DNA from: Candidatus Roizmanbacteria bacterium RIFCSPLOWO2_01_FULL_39_19
Lineage (GTDB): Bacteria > Patescibacteriota > Microgenomatia > UBA1406 > HO2-37-13b
DNA length: 64,000 bases
Direction: 5' to 3'
NCBI GenBank assembly: GCA_001789725.1
Contig: MGAM01000015.1
Coordinates: forward strand, 12,470-76,469
Translations under genes and position numbers: made by a program
Part shown: positions 15,336-24,138 of the stretch, in pieces
How positions within the stretch are numbered: position 1 is the first letter of the stretch
How the letters are laid out: each line of letters starts with the position of its first letter
Notes under the pieces: model-generated
Database searches by the model: none
Seen by the model: only the letters and a program-made list of their open reading frames with translations
What the model was told of the DNA's origin: nothing

Positions 15336-16277
15336 TTAAAACACATATAAAAACATAACCACAATAACAATCCAGAGCATTATCGTGAAAATCAACGGCC
15401 TGTCTCGGGTAATTATACGCTCTGGGGCTTCCCCTTCAGCTCTTTCGTAAAGAAGATATGCATATCGCGAAATACCATAAACTACCATTGGTATCGTTAC
15501 CATAAACCACTTTCTTGCCTCAAACGAGCTTACCAAAGGGCTAAATAAGCTTGAGAGGGCGCTTTGGGCAAACATTGGCTTTTCCAAGAAAGAATAGAGA
15601 GAATAAGTTGTTATGGTCAGCGTTGCAAACGTAGTGGTTAAAAAATTTAAGAAATATTCCTTATATGAATAAAGGGATTTCCTTGTCGATGATCCATGAG
15701 CCACCAGCTCTGCGTGGCGTTTGACGGTGGCAATAAAAAGAGAGATAAAAAATATCGTCAGCAAAAGCCAAATCTGAATGTGATATCCGGAAATCACTTG
15801 TCCGGCAAACGCACGCAGCATAAATGAGAATGAAATTGCAAAAATATCCAGAATTGGTCGGAATTTAAAGTAAAGTGAGTAAAAAAAATGCAGGAGTAAA
15901 AAGACAAAAGCTACGCCAAAAAAGGGGATTGAAAAAAACAACGATGTAAGAAGGGCAATAAAGGACAACAAAAAAACCACAAAACTTGCGTCCTGCACAC
16001 TTAGCTTCCCCGCTGCAATTGGCCGTTTACTTTTGCTTGGATGTTTTTTGTCATAGGGATAGTCGATAATATCATTTAAAAGATATGAGGTTGACGAGAG
16101 TACTGAGAAAATAACAAAACCAATAAATGTTTTGCCAAACAAAACCGGGTCAAACAATTTTCCTGAAAAAACAAGTGATGTGTAGATTATAAGATTCTTT
16201 ATCCATTGGTTGGGCCGGGCGGTTTGTAAAATCAATTGCAATTTTCGACGATTTATCATAAGAGGTATAGTTAACAA
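15336..16277 (-). CDS. UbiA-family prenyltransferase, decaprenyl-phosphate phosphoribosyltransferase-like
   Basis: Polytopic membrane protein with NDIIDYPYDKKHPSKSKRPIAAGKLS, a DPPR-synthase-like Asp-rich motif. Confidence 0.7.
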   Translation of the reverse strand: MLTIPLMINRRKLQLILQTARPNQWIKNLIIYTSLVFSGKLFDPVLFGKTFIGFVIFSVLSSTSYLLNDIIDYPYDKKHPSKSKRPIAAGKLSVQDASFVVFLLSFIALLTSLFFSIPFFGVAFVFLLLHFFYSLYFKFRPILDIFAISFSFMLRAFAGQVISGYHIQIWLLLTIFFISLFIATVKRHAELVAHGSSTRKSLYSYKEYFLNFLTTTFATLTITTYSLYSFLEKPMFAQSALSSLFSPLVSSFEARKWFMVTIPMVVYGISRYAYLLYERAEGEAPERIITRDRPLIFTIMLWIVIVVMFLYVF

Positions 16278-16299
16278 TTATACTGTTTGCGATGCTATA

Positions 16300-16878
16300 T
16301 TAAAAGGGAAGAGTTAGGCTGATGTCGTGCTGTTCTTCTAGCGGGCGTCTATAGGTTTTCCAAGAGACTGGGACTGCTGTTTTAGCTACTCCTTCAAGGA
16401 AATAAACCGTTGCGTGCTCGCATCCATATTCAAAGAGATCTTTTGTAAATAAAACATCGTGCAAACAATATGATTTCAGCTCTTCAATTTTCCCTTCTTT
16501 ATAAAATTCAACCGCCTGCAGCCCGTGACCGGTTTTCTGCTTCCCGAGCGTTGCTTTAAGAAGCATGTCTAAGCTCAGACGTCTCCCTAGTTTATTTCTA
16601 ATGTCATCAAGCAAATCAAGTGTTTTAAATTGCTTCACATCCCCGGGGTAATAGGCTGACAAAACAGGCAAATCAAACCCGACAATATTAAATCCAACAA
16701 TGTATGAAGCTTTCTCCATTAAAGAATAAAGTTCTCCTAACTCTTCTTCCAAAAAGGTGTGGCTTGTATCGGTTGCATAATCATATGCGCCAACAACGGT
16801 TATTCTCAGTTGCTTTGGGTCGGAATATTGCCTAAATGTATATTTCGTCTCCAAATCAATAACAAGAGGCAATCTCAT
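16300..16878 (-). CDS. RNase H-like / DEDD 3'-5' exonuclease domain protein
   Basis: VIDLETKY (ExoI-like), GFNIVGFDLPVL (ExoII-like), YCLHDVLFTKDLF (ExoIII-like). Confidence 0.6.
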   Translation of the reverse strand: MRLPLVIDLETKYTFRQYSDPKQLRITVVGAYDYATDTSHTFLEEELGELYSLMEKASYIVGFNIVGFDLPVLSAYYPGDVKQFKTLDLLDDIRNKLGRRLSLDMLLKATLGKQKTGHGLQAVEFYKEGKIEELKSYCLHDVLFTKDLFEYGCEHATVYFLEGVAKTAVPVSWKTYRRPLEEQHDISLTLPF

Positions 16879-16894
16879 AAATTGTGCATCGTGG

Positions 16895-17296
16895 TTAATT
16901 TATCAATTTTGGGGTATTGGCTCCGTCTTTAAAAACCTCAAGTTTTAGCGGAGTTTTGGGTATTGAGTGATGCAAACTCTTCTTAATAAGTTGATGATTA
17001 AAATCCAATTGAGTTTTATATTCAAACTCTTCCAAAAAATCAAACAAAACTTCTTGTTCTTCGCCGGACAAATTATATAAGTATTTTTGAACAATCTCAT
17101 CAGCTCGTCCCATTTTCCACAAAGGTTTTAAAAAAAACGCCTGAATTCTTTCAAAAAGAGCAATGTCTCCTGAGACCGGCTTGATCTTAAAACCCATGCG
17201 TTGAATGTCTACCCACATTTGAGACTTGGTAACTTGTTTCAGTTCAATCGTGGTCATTATCTCGTCAATAACGTCCATTGCTTTTAGCTTTTGCAT
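16895..17296 (-). CDS. Hypothetical protein
   Basis: 133-aa ORF in a compact operon-like arrangement. I recognise no motif. Confidence 0.45.
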   Translation of the reverse strand: MQKLKAMDVIDEIMTTIELKQVTKSQMWVDIQRMGFKIKPVSGDIALFERIQAFFLKPLWKMGRADEIVQKYLYNLSGEEQEVLFDFLEEFEYKTQLDFNHQLIKKSLHHSIPKTPLKLEVFKDGANTPKLIN

Positions 17297-17351
17297 ATTC
17301 GTTGTGCTGCTTTATTATAAGCCAAGTTTTGGTAAAATTGTAAACATTAAT

Positions 17352-17792
17352 ATGTTACTTCAATTATTGCAAGACAATCTTAATAAATCACTCATTGCCC
17401 ACGCCGTCAAAGAGGTTGAAGCATTAAGATACTTACTTTCTCAGATTAAAAATGTTTCTATTGATTTAAAAAGAGACTTAAACGACGAAGAGGTTGTGTC
17501 CTGCATTAGACGCCAAGTTAAGCAGCTTCAGGAATCGGTCATCCTTTTTAAACAACAAAACAGGGACGACCTTGTTGGGGGGTATAGTAGTCAAATTGAT
17601 ATTTATTTACGTTATCTGCCAAAGGAGTTGGGAGATGAAGAGTTAACTCAAGAAATTAAAAAACTACTTGGGGCCAAAAAGCAAAATGCTAATTTTAACC
17701 CAAAACAGTTTATTGGGACGGCCGTATCAAGCTTGAAGGATAGAGCGTCACCCCAAAGAATAGTAAGTGTGGTAAACAATCTCATTCAATAA
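17352..17792 (+). CDS. GatB/YqeY domain protein
   Basis: LLQDNLNKSLIAHAVKEVEALRYLLSQIKN...LRYLPKELGDEEL is YqeY-like. The ATG at 17352 is preferred over the long overlapping start at 17226. Confidence 0.6.
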   Translation: MLLQLLQDNLNKSLIAHAVKEVEALRYLLSQIKNVSIDLKRDLNDEEVVSCIRRQVKQLQESVILFKQQNRDDLVGGYSSQIDIYLRYLPKELGDEELTQEIKKLLGAKKQNANFNPKQFIGTAVSSLKDRASPQRIVSVVNNLIQ

Positions 17793-17797
17793 CTGCA

Positions 17798-19018
17798 ATG
17801 CGTTATTTCATGAAAACATTTGGGTGCCAGCAAAATGCTGCTGACTCAGAAAGAATTAAAACAGCTCTCCGCGCACGTGGGATGAGGTCATCCTCATCGT
17901 ATAAAAACGCCGATTATGTTGTTATTAATACTTGCATGGTAAGAGAATCCGCCGAGAACCGGCTTTATGGTTTGGTTAAAAACCTTGAAGAACAAAAAAA
18001 GAACAAACAAAACCTAAAAATTGTCGTTACTGGTTGCATGGTGGGAGCTGCTTTTAGAGATAAGACAGGAAAATACTTACAAAGACTTAAAAGAGTCATG
18101 CCCGCCGTTGATGAATTTATGCCAATTGAAGAAGTTGGTTTTGATTTTACCCCGCTAAGATCAAATATACGCACTGCTTGGGTGCCAATATCAAACGGAT
18201 GTAATAATTTTTGCACTTTTTGTATTGTCCCCTTCACCAGAGGAAGAGAAATTTCACGACCCTTTAAGGACATTATTAAAGAAACTCAAGAATTAAAACA
18301 GAGTGGGTATAAAGAAATCGTTCTGCTTGGTCAGAATGTCAATTCTTACGGAGCCGATTTAATATTAGGGCCAGACTCAATTCAAGTAATGCGTGATTTA
18401 AAGCCCAAGTTCACTTATTTTAAAACTCCAATTAAAAAAACATACAAAATTGCAGGTAGAACAATTAAACCGGTTTTTATTAAACACCTAGGCAGACTTA
18501 GAATCCCAACCCTTTTCCCCCACTTGCTTGCCGAAATTGCAAAAATGGGGTTTGAAAAGATTGATTTCTTGTCATCTAACCCTTGGGATTTTTCTGACAA
18601 GCTTGTAGACGTAATTGCAAAATACCCCAATATCACACGAACTCTTCATTTGGCGCTCCAGTCTGGCGACAACAGCATCCTAAAGAAGATGAATCGATGG
18701 TACACGTCGGGTGAATATAAAAAACTTATCCAAAAAATTCGAGGTCGTGTCCCAGGGGCACAATTTACAACTGACATTATTGTTGGATTTTGTGGCGAAA
18801 CAGACAAGCAGTTTCAAAACACGGTTAAAATTTGTCAGGATATTGGTTTTGTCAAAGCATATATTGCCATGTATTCTCCCCGGCCATTTACGGCATCTTC
18901 CAGTGTTATGAATGACGATGTTCCTCACCCTATTAAAAAACAACGGTTTGAGCAATTAGATAAGATAATTAATAAGCCAAACCTTAAAAGAAGCGCCGGA
19001 ATACATAAGCACTATTGA
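17798..19018 (+). CDS. MiaB/RimO-family radical-SAM methylthiotransferase, apparently lacking the C-terminal TRAM domain
   Basis: MKTFGCQQNAADSE (UPF0004 N-domain) and the radical-SAM cluster CNNFCTFCIVP. The ORF stops soon after the radical-SAM core. Confidence 0.75.
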   Translation: MRYFMKTFGCQQNAADSERIKTALRARGMRSSSSYKNADYVVINTCMVRESAENRLYGLVKNLEEQKKNKQNLKIVVTGCMVGAAFRDKTGKYLQRLKRVMPAVDEFMPIEEVGFDFTPLRSNIRTAWVPISNGCNNFCTFCIVPFTRGREISRPFKDIIKETQELKQSGYKEIVLLGQNVNSYGADLILGPDSIQVMRDLKPKFTYFKTPIKKTYKIAGRTIKPVFIKHLGRLRIPTLFPHLLAEIAKMGFEKIDFLSSNPWDFSDKLVDVIAKYPNITRTLHLALQSGDNSILKKMNRWYTSGEYKKLIQKIRGRVPGAQFTTDIIVGFCGETDKQFQNTVKICQDIGFVKAYIAMYSPRPFTASSSVMNDDVPHPIKKQRFEQLDKIINKPNLKRSAGIHKHY

Positions 19019-19049
19019 CAAGTACAAGTAGTAGTAGTACCATTTTGCT

Positions 19050-19880
19050 ATGGCTGATGCAGGAGATGTTGAACAACAAAAAGGAATGGATCCTCGCTAT
19101 TTTGACCTTACTTCGGATCAAGCACAAACCGTTGCTGAGGCAGAAAAGAGAGGAGAAGAGGGTCTTGTTGAAGATCGAAAACGACCCAATCTCACAAGAG
19201 CTCAAAAATCAGCCCTGGCTGATCGAGAAAGAGCGCTTACAAAGTGGGGCTTTGACGCTCTTTACGCGGAACTTGATACAGATCCGGAAAAGGTTCGCAT
19301 CGCCCAACAAGCTGAATCTAAAATGAGAATTGATGCAGGAACCTTTTTGCGATGGCTTCGTGGCCTTCAGGGTGATAGAGAGGCGCCGAGGGCCAATCTT
19401 ATTTATGCTGGGTTCAAACGCGCCGCGGCTGACGGTGTCAGAAAAATTCTTTTACGCTCTGATAACGACTTGGTGACGGCTCAAAAGCAAATAGAGCATC
19501 TTAATAGACTACTGAATCAAGGAATAGATGATGCATTGCGCGACCTATCTTTTGTGGAGCTTTCGCGTTTAAGAAGAGAAGAGCTTAGTCATGATTGGAC
19601 AGATGATGATCTTGCGGTTTGGTATGAGGGGTTTGCGTTAACTAGAATTCCGCTTGCAACGTCGGACATCAGCGTAGGTGAAGGATTGTCAGCCCTTGAG
19701 GAGGCGGGTAAAATCAGAGGCAATCAAGATGGGGGCTTAGCCGAATGGCTCGACTATATTAAAGACGCGCGTCGCTTACAAGCGCACTCCCTCGCTGATG
19801 AAACACAAAGGAACATTGACGCAGCAATGAAAGATCGTGGATATGTTTATGACACGCAAGAAAAAACGTATACAAAATAG
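19050..19880 (+). CDS. Hypothetical acidic helical protein, compositionally foreign (visibly GC-richer)
   Basis: 276-aa ORF rich in A/R/D/E/L. I recognise no family. GC is clearly above that of its neighbours by eye. Confidence 0.55.
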   Translation: MADAGDVEQQKGMDPRYFDLTSDQAQTVAEAEKRGEEGLVEDRKRPNLTRAQKSALADRERALTKWGFDALYAELDTDPEKVRIAQQAESKMRIDAGTFLRWLRGLQGDREAPRANLIYAGFKRAAADGVRKILLRSDNDLVTAQKQIEHLNRLLNQGIDDALRDLSFVELSRLRREELSHDWTDDDLAVWYEGFALTRIPLATSDISVGEGLSALEEAGKIRGNQDGGLAEWLDYIKDARRLQAHSLADETQRNIDAAMKDRGYVYDTQEKTYTK

Positions 19881-19930
19881 ACCCTGACAACTAACAGGGC
19901 GGGCGCTGGTCAACAACGGTGTTTGTCTTG

Positions 19931-21220
19931 TTAAACTAGGCTCGCTGCAATTCTCCCCAACTTCACGGCATAGTTTGTCCCCCTGTCGTAGGGATATGTC
20001 ATGTCGAGATTAGCAACATAAAAATTTTTCTTGGGTGTTACAAAGTCCGGTTTATACTTTAAAAAATCTTTTTCAAATAAGGGCTGTGCGTAAGGTCCGT
20101 AAAAAGAGAAGCTCTTGAGAATTTTGTTTTCCTTATTTTTGGGGTTAATTTTCTCCAAATAAGGCCAAAGCGCCTTAATAAGCTCCTCTTTTTTCATTGA
20201 AACAAGCGGGTCTGACGCTTCAAGATAATAGCCAATATAACTCAGATGGTTGCCCCCATAATGTTTTTTATCAACAAAATTTGTGTGTTGCCCAATAAGC
20301 ATCATTGGAATTGACGGCGTACAAATATTTAACCAATAAATATCATCAAGAATGGGTTGTTTCGTCTCAAGTAATAAGGCCAGTGCGTTTAAGTATCTTA
20401 GTTTGGAAAAACGCCCGAGATAATCGCCGTCAAAAAGGCTCTTTGTAACCTTTGGCAGTATCGGCGAAGGAAGTGTTGAGACAATCGCGTCAAATTTTTC
20501 TTTGGTTCTTTGCCCACTCTGGTCAATAAATGCCTCGTACTCTCCTCTGTTTTGCTTTATTGACAGTATTTGTGTTTTTTTATTAATATGAACTTTTTTA
20601 TCATTAAGCGCTTTTTCGATGTGGTTTATAAATGTCTGGAACCCCCCCCTAATATAGCCCAACCGTTTTGTTCTCTTATGAATTCTCGCCCATAAAAACG
20701 ACATTAAAATATTTTCCGCATATTTACCGAACTTTTTCCGAAAAAGCTGCTCCCATAATATATTCCACGATCTCTCCCCTGTTGTTTTTGTCATAAATTC
20801 ATGGGCGCCCATTCTTTCATAAATTGGAATATTTGGGCCAAGTTTAAGTGCTGCTAATATGGTTGCCGTGCGCAGTTTAGATAAAACATCAAGGTGTCTA
20901 AATCGAAGTAAATCTGCCGGGGTGTCAAACGGGGTTGTTTCGTACTTTCCGCTTACTTCAAAAAGAGATGCTGTTGTGGGGGTTGAAAAGTAAATTCCAT
21001 TAAAGCCGGTGTCTCTTGCAAAATTAATAATATCCGTGTCGTTGGCAAACAAATGGTGATAGGCACGTTCAACTGGCCATTCCCAATGGGGTTGAAAAAA
21101 TCCTGAGGCCAGCCCACCCAAAACAGACGATCTTTCATAAACCACAACATCGTGCTTGTTTGAAGCATCAAAAGCACAGGCCAAACCAGAAAATCCCCCT
21201 CCTAAAATCGCTATTTTCAT
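19931..21220 (-). CDS. NAD(P)/FAD-dependent oxidoreductase (amine oxidase / desaturase-like fold)
   Basis: MKIAILGGGFSGLACAF...VVVYERSSVLGG is a Rossmann dinucleotide-binding motif; 429 aa. Confidence 0.7.
   Translation of the reverse strand: MKIAILGGGFSGLACAFDASNKHDVVVYERSSVLGGLASGFFQPHWEWPVERAYHHLFANDTDIINFARDTGFNGIYFSTPTTASLFEVSGKYETTPFDTPADLLRFRHLDVLSKLRTATILAALKLGPNIPIYERMGAHEFMTKTTGERSWNILWEQLFRKKFGKYAENILMSFLWARIHKRTKRLGYIRGGFQTFINHIEKALNDKKVHINKKTQILSIKQNRGEYEAFIDQSGQRTKEKFDAIVSTLPSPILPKVTKSLFDGDYLGRFSKLRYLNALALLLETKQPILDDIYWLNICTPSIPMMLIGQHTNFVDKKHYGGNHLSYIGYYLEASDPLVSMKKEELIKALWPYLEKINPKNKENKILKSFSFYGPYAQPLFEKDFLKYKPDFVTPKKNFYVANLDMTYPYDRGTNYAVKLGRIAASLV
20711..20740. repeat. Internal copy of the 11-bp phased triple 8-mer, ~500 bp inside the same gene.
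   Basis: ATTTTCCGcatATTTACCGaacTTTTTCCG. The 16-nt core CCGCATATTTACCGAA is identical to 21226-21241. Confidence 0.6.
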
Positions 21221-21250
21221 ATTTACCGCATATTTACCGAATTATTACCG
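21221..21250. repeat. Three 8-mers ATT(T/A)(T/A)CCG phased at 11 bp, abutting the start codon of the oxidoreductase gene.
   Basis: ATTTACCGcatATTTACCGaatTATTACCG. It matches 25/30 positions of an internal copy at 20711-20740. Confidence 0.6.
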
Positions 21251-21329
21251 TACTAACTGCTACGATCGTTTAAAGCAGCCGGCACATTCTCTCCCCTATC
21301 CTCATTGGGTGTTTGTATATAATTAAACA

Positions 21330-22466
21330 ATGAGACACTTGTTAAAAGTCATCCCCTCAATTTTACCAAGAATTATTCTTTTGTCTACGTTGGTGTTCTG
21401 TTTTATAGTCCCCGTATCGGCAGGGGAGTGCATAAACGCCAATGAGTGCAAAAAGAAAATAGAAGAATATGAAAAAAAACTTGGGGAGCTAAAAGAACAA
21501 AAAAACAATCTTTCTTCAGAGCTTGCCCGGATGGATACTCAAATATATTTAACATCGGCGCGAATTGAAAATACTCAACATTTAATTACCCAAACAACCG
21601 ATGAGATTGAGTCGCTGGGTTCTAAAATTGGAACACTTGACGCATCTTTAAGCCATCTTTCAAAACTCTTGCTTCAAAAAATTTCAGAGAGCTATAAAAG
21701 TAAGGACATTTCTTTATTTGAAATCTTTTTAGATTCAAATAGTGCCCATACGTTTATTGGCAAGGCACAATATCTGAAAGCAGCCCAACGGTCTGATCAG
21801 AAAGTTGCTTACCGGCTGCAGCAAGCTAAGTTTAACTACGAAGAACAAAAAGAACTCCGGGAGAAGAAAAAGCAAGAACTCGAAAATCTGACCGTCGAGC
21901 TTAATAAACAAAAAACAGAACTTGATTCTCAAAAAAAACAGAAACAAACCCTCCTTGAGCAAACCCAAAACGACCAAAAAAAATATTCCCAACTTCTCTC
22001 TCAGGCGTTGGCTGAATTCCAAGCAATTGAACGAGCTGTTGCGACAGGCTCTGTTGTGGGTCCTGTTAAGAAAGGAGAGCCTATTGCGCTTGTGGGAAAT
22101 ACCGGATATCCCAACTGTTCAACGGGGGCACACCTACATTTTGAGGTTAGGAGAAGTAGTCAGTGGACCGACCCTCTGGAGTTTTTATCGGCAGGAGAGG
22201 GAGGAAGAGGATCTTGGGACTGGCCACTTCAATCTCCTATTATTATCACGCAAGGATATGGCCATACCCCCTATTCGTGGCGCTACGCTTACAGCGGAGG
22301 AGTCCACACTGGGATTGATATGGTAAGCCGGTCAAGTGATGTAATTCGCGCCCCTGAGGGTGGCACGCTTTATACCTCAAGTCAAAACTGTGGAGGCCCA
22401 ATCATTAAGATAAAATACATTGATCACGGGTCGGGCATTATGAGCTTTTTTCTACATGTTCAGTAG
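21330..22466 (+). CDS. M23-family peptidase with an N-terminal coiled coil (EnvC-like); catalytic motifs appear in permuted order.
   Basis: Signal peptide and a long coiled coil. Then VKKGEPIALVGNTGYPNCSTGAHLHFEV (HxH motif) comes BEFORE PIIITQGYGH...GGVHTGIDMVS...IKYIDHGSGIMSFFLHVQ (HxxxD motif). Confidence 0.75.
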   Translation: MRHLLKVIPSILPRIILLSTLVFCFIVPVSAGECINANECKKKIEEYEKKLGELKEQKNNLSSELARMDTQIYLTSARIENTQHLITQTTDEIESLGSKIGTLDASLSHLSKLLLQKISESYKSKDISLFEIFLDSNSAHTFIGKAQYLKAAQRSDQKVAYRLQQAKFNYEEQKELREKKKQELENLTVELNKQKTELDSQKKQKQTLLEQTQNDQKKYSQLLSQALAEFQAIERAVATGSVVGPVKKGEPIALVGNTGYPNCSTGAHLHFEVRRSSQWTDPLEFLSAGEGGRGSWDWPLQSPIIITQGYGHTPYSWRYAYSGGVHTGIDMVSRSSDVIRAPEGGTLYTSSQNCGGPIIKIKYIDHGSGIMSFFLHVQ

Positions 22467-22542
22467 TGGTGGACCGGAGGGGACTTGAACCCCTGACCTC
22501 CGCACTGCCAGCGCGGCGCTCTACCAACTAAGCTACCGGCCC
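22467..22542 (-). tRNA. tRNA-Ala (anticodon GGC), CCA encoded
   Basis: The reverse complement is GGGCCGGTAGCTTAGTTGGTAGAGCGCCGCGCTGGCAGTGCGGAGGTCAGGGGTTCAAGTCCCCTCCGGTCCACCA. It folds as a cloverleaf with a CUGGCAG anticodon loop and the G3:U70 pair. It starts the base after the peptidase stop codon. Confidence 0.9.
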
Positions 22543-22631
22543 AAAAAAATCTTACAAATTATATCACTTTCTCTATTTGAAATAGAAACGCCGATATTGT
22601 TGTTGATTGTTATATAAAAATGTGGTTGAAA

Positions 22632-22674
22632 TGTGGATAATGTTTATCTAATATTTGTGGATAAGTTATCCACA
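22632..22674. promoter_or_regulatory. Cluster of three perfect DnaA boxes (dnaA promoter / oriC)
   Basis: TGTGGATAA at 22632-22640 and at 22656-22664, and TTATCCACA at 22666-22674. The AT-rich flank 22546-22631 holds a degenerate TGTGGTTGA. Confidence 0.8.
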
Positions 22675-22680
22675 CACATT

Positions 22681-24000
22681 ATGATTGCCTGGGACAAGTT
22701 TTTATTCTTTGCATTACGGGAGCTTGGGTCGCCCGTTCTAACTTCGATCCTAAAAAAAACAAATCCTATTAGGGAGGATGGAAACATGCTAGTGGTTGAG
22801 GCTGACAACCAGGGGTCTAGGCTCCTTTTAGAGAATAAGAAAGAGGTTATCCAAGAGCTTTTATCTGTTTTTAATAACCACCCAACGAAGCTTGTAATAA
22901 CTTTAAAAGAGAAAAAGAGGAAAGCGCCTGTCTCAAGTCTTCCTCTTATCTCCTACCAAGATTCGCCCGAGGCTGCATTTTCAAAAGCAAACCTTAACCC
23001 ACTGTTTAATTTTGAAAATTTTGCAGTTTCAAATTCAAATCAGATTGCCCACGCTGCTTCATACGCTGTTGCAACAAATCCGGGGAAACAATACAATCCG
23101 CTTTTTCTTTATGGTGGAGTAGGAGTAGGGAAAACACACCTAATGCACGCAATTGGGCAAAAGATACTCGCTGACTCGCCCGATAAAAAAGTTCTTTATT
23201 GTACCTCTGAGGAGTTTACAAATGATCTTATTGAGCTTATTAGGCGCAAAAACACCGGGCAGTTTAGAAACAAATATAGAACCCTAGATGTTCTTTTAAT
23301 CGATGATATTCAGTTTATTGCTGGTAAAACTTACATCCAAGAAGAACTGTACCATACGTTTAACACTATGGTTAGACTTAACCATCAAATAGTCTTCACT
23401 TCGGACAAGTCCCCTAAAGAAATTTCGGGGCTTGAGGACCGCCTTCGTTCTCGGTTTTCGGGGGGGTTAATGATCGATGTTCAAAAGCCGGATTTTGAGC
23501 TCCGGTGTGCTATTGTTATGATTAAAGCAAAACAAAGAAACATCCCAATTGACATAATGGCGGTTAAAACAATAGCTGAAAAAATTGAAGATTCAAGAGA
23601 GCTTGAGGGTATGATTCTTAATATCTACTCTAAGTCGCTCCTTTTAAATAATACAAGCCAAATTACTAACGATCTTGCAACTTATGAAATCAAAACTCAA
23701 AAAGAAACCCGTATTAAAAAAACAACTGCATCGGACGTTATTAAGACGGTTTGTGTTTTTTATGACATAAAACAATCATATATTAAAAGTCCTATTCGTA
23801 AGGATTCAATTGCCCGGGCACGACAAACCATTATGTATATCCTTAGAATTGAACTCAAAATGAAATACGAAGAAATTGCATTCTTGCTTAAAAGAAAAGA
23901 TCACACTACAATTATGCATGGGGTTGACAAAATAAAAAACGAAATAATGACAAACGATCGAATAAATGATGAGATTCAGCGAATTATTAACAGTTTATGA
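22681..24000 (+). CDS. dnaA: Chromosomal replication initiator DnaA
   Basis: Walker A GGVGVGKTHL, LLIDDIQF, sensor motifs and a C-terminal DNA-binding domain (DHTTIMHG). The ATG at 22681 is preferred because 22633-22680 is occupied by DnaA boxes. Confidence 0.9.
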   Translation: MIAWDKFLFFALRELGSPVLTSILKKTNPIREDGNMLVVEADNQGSRLLLENKKEVIQELLSVFNNHPTKLVITLKEKKRKAPVSSLPLISYQDSPEAAFSKANLNPLFNFENFAVSNSNQIAHAASYAVATNPGKQYNPLFLYGGVGVGKTHLMHAIGQKILADSPDKKVLYCTSEEFTNDLIELIRRKNTGQFRNKYRTLDVLLIDDIQFIAGKTYIQEELYHTFNTMVRLNHQIVFTSDKSPKEISGLEDRLRSRFSGGLMIDVQKPDFELRCAIVMIKAKQRNIPIDIMAVKTIAEKIEDSRELEGMILNIYSKSLLLNNTSQITNDLATYEIKTQKETRIKKTTASDVIKTVCVFYDIKQSYIKSPIRKDSIARARQTIMYILRIELKMKYEEIAFLLKRKDHTTIMHGVDKIKNEIMTNDRINDEIQRIINSL

Positions 24001-24138
24001 ATACACATAATATCAACCACGTTGTCCACAGACTTGAAATTGATATCCTATGTGCCAGTTCAATCCATTGAAAAGAACAGGCTGTTTTTATAAACTTATA
24101 CACACATCTAACACTTCTAATATATACATATTACTTAT
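24001..24138. other. dnaA-dnaN intergenic region with DnaA-box-like sites and an AT-rich stretch (candidate oriC / DUE)
   Basis: TTGTCCACA at 24022-24030 and TTATACACA at 24106-24114, each one mismatch from consensus. Followed by CTAATATATACATATTACTTAT. Confidence 0.5.

Noticed and set aside
19015-19326. 103-aa ORF overlapping the start of the 276-aa gene.
   Set aside because: It lies in a different frame of the same strand within a better-supported, longer ORF. Its translation is low-complexity and basic.
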